DNA of 64,000 nucleotides from Acidobacteriota bacterium (GTDB taxonomy: Bacteria > Acidobacteriota > Terriglobia > Bryobacterales > Bryobacteraceae). A program made the translations under genes and the position numbers. Under the pieces are notes generated by a model. The model had not been told where the DNA came from. It saw nothing but the letters and a program-made list of their open reading frames with translations, and searched no databases. This document shows positions 63,191 to 64,000 of this stretch, one piece after another (the first letter of the stretch is position 1; each line of letters starts with the position of its first letter). Location of the stretch: the NCBI GenBank assembly GCA_016870915.1, contig VFZY01000005.1, positions 3,706 through 67,705 of the forward strand. The letters run 5' to 3'.

Positions 63191-63523
63191 ATGGAACGCC
63201 CCACGTACCTCTTCGTGGCGCCGGAAGAAGAAGAGGAATTCGCCGCCTTCTTTGACGAAATTTCCAGGGAACTCTCACCCCAGGGCGCACTGGAGCGGGT
63301 GATGTTCGAAGAGATCGTCCACGCGGCGTGGAACGAACGGCGGATTTTGCGGATCGAGCGGCGCAGCCCGTCGCTCGAACGGCATTTGGCCCACTACCGG
63401 CGCAGCCACAAAAGGTCCCTGAAGGCGTTTCACCTGATGCGCCAGCGGGGCGCCCGGATGCGCCAGGCCCAACAGGTGGCGGAACTGAGCGGCATGGAGC
63501 CGGTGAATCGCTGGGTGAACTGA
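63191..63523 (+). CDS. hypothetical protein (110 aa, acidic N-terminus, basic C-terminus)
   Basis: ATG-initiated ORF 40 nt after clpP with a protein-like composition. No family was recognised. Confidence 0.45.
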   Translation: MERPTYLFVAPEEEEEFAAFFDEISRELSPQGALERVMFEEIVHAAWNERRILRIERRSPSLERHLAHYRRSHKRSLKAFHLMRQRGARMRQAQQVAELSGMEPVNRWVN

Positions 63524-63535
63524 ATCCGTCGTTAG

Positions 63536-64000
63536 CTAGTTCGTGAGCACTTCGTCGAGCGAGCGCCCGATGGACCCTGCCGGTACTTCCACTTCCAGAA
63601 TGTTCGCCAGCGTGGGGGCAATGTCGTTCACCGCGGCCCGCTTGTGATAGCGCCCCGGCCGGACCCCCGGCCCCATCATTAGAAGCGGAACATGAGTATC
63701 GTAGTTGAACGGCGTGCCGTGACTGGTGCCTTTGGCCTCAAACAGCCAGTACGGCTCCGGCACGATGAACAGGTCGGCTGCCCGTTCCCAGTGGTAGCCG
63801 TTGCGGACCCGGCGGTCGATCAGGTCGTCCAGAATCTGGCCGTTGGCTAGCTGGGTTCCGGTGTAGACCCGGAAGATGTGCGGGTGGCTGCGCACCACCT
63901 CGGCCGCCGTGCGCTGTACCTCCGCCAGATTGAGCCCTTTGGCCTTGATCAGGTTGTGATCCAGGTAGGGCGCCGAGCCGGACTTGCCCACCACCCACTT
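63536..64000 (-). CDS. alkaline phosphatase / nucleotide pyrophosphatase-family protein, C-terminal part (continues beyond the window)
   Basis: The sequence ..KGTSHGTPFNYDTHVPLLMMGPGVRPG......A.VNDIAPTLANIL.VE.P is typical of the C-terminal end of type I phosphodiesterase/AlkP-superfamily enzymes. The frame is open to the window edge. Confidence 0.7.
   Translation of the reverse strand, partial: KWVVGKSGSAPYLDHNLIKAKGLNLAEVQRTAAEVVRSHPHIFRVYTGTQLANGQILDDLIDRRVRNGYHWERAADLFIVPEPYWLFEAKGTSHGTPFNYDTHVPLLMMGPGVRPGRYHKRAAVNDIAPTLANILEVEVPAGSIGRSLDEVLTN

Overview
This is a 64-kb window of a high-GC bacterial chromosome. It is densely coded, with about 58 supportable protein genes, and I found no rRNA, tRNA, CRISPR array, IS element or prophage. 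The gene families suggest an Acidobacteriota-like organism, but this is inference only. Those families are a CarboxypepD_reg-type TonB-dependent receptor, a remnant of an ADOP/FtsX-type permease, a CRTAC1/ASPIC protein and many TPR/HEAT proteins. Housekeeping genes are clear: ssb, trpS, pyc, nusB, ribH, lepA, clpP, a U32 peptidase and an RlmD-like methyltransferase. The dominant feature is an operon of about 11 kb on the minus strand (7001-18190). Its gene order matches the Pil-Chp (Tfp-class) chemosensory system: PilG-like REC, PilH-like CheY, CheW, MCP, a ChpA-like CheA with two Hpt domains plus REC, CheB, and a double CheW. It departs from that system in several ways. No CheR is present. 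The CheB receiver has Gly where the phosphoacceptor Asp should be. The CheA-REC hybrid is split by a frame disruption inside its CheW-like domain. The PilG-like protein is 882 aa and carries about seven tandem 45-aa acidic repeats plus a zinc ribbon. Two paralogous TadZ/CpaE-like MinD/ParA proteins with a lysine-less P-loop (KPGSGA[TS]T) bracket the cluster. Other points of interest:
- A decayed accessory patch at 30.9-33.5 kb contains a membrane coiled-coil protein, a permease remnant, and a frameshifted LexA-type wHTH gene coupled to a Cys-rich gene.
- An ECF sigma factor is fused directly to a transmembrane helix and a C-terminal domain.
- An unannotated 51-codon ORF with a strong Shine-Dalgarno (SD) site lies at 18253-18408.
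- A tight six-gene array ends in a Weimberg-type KdaD/aldehyde dehydrogenase pair.

Many long ORFs in the six-frame track are antisense artefacts of the high GC content and were rejected.
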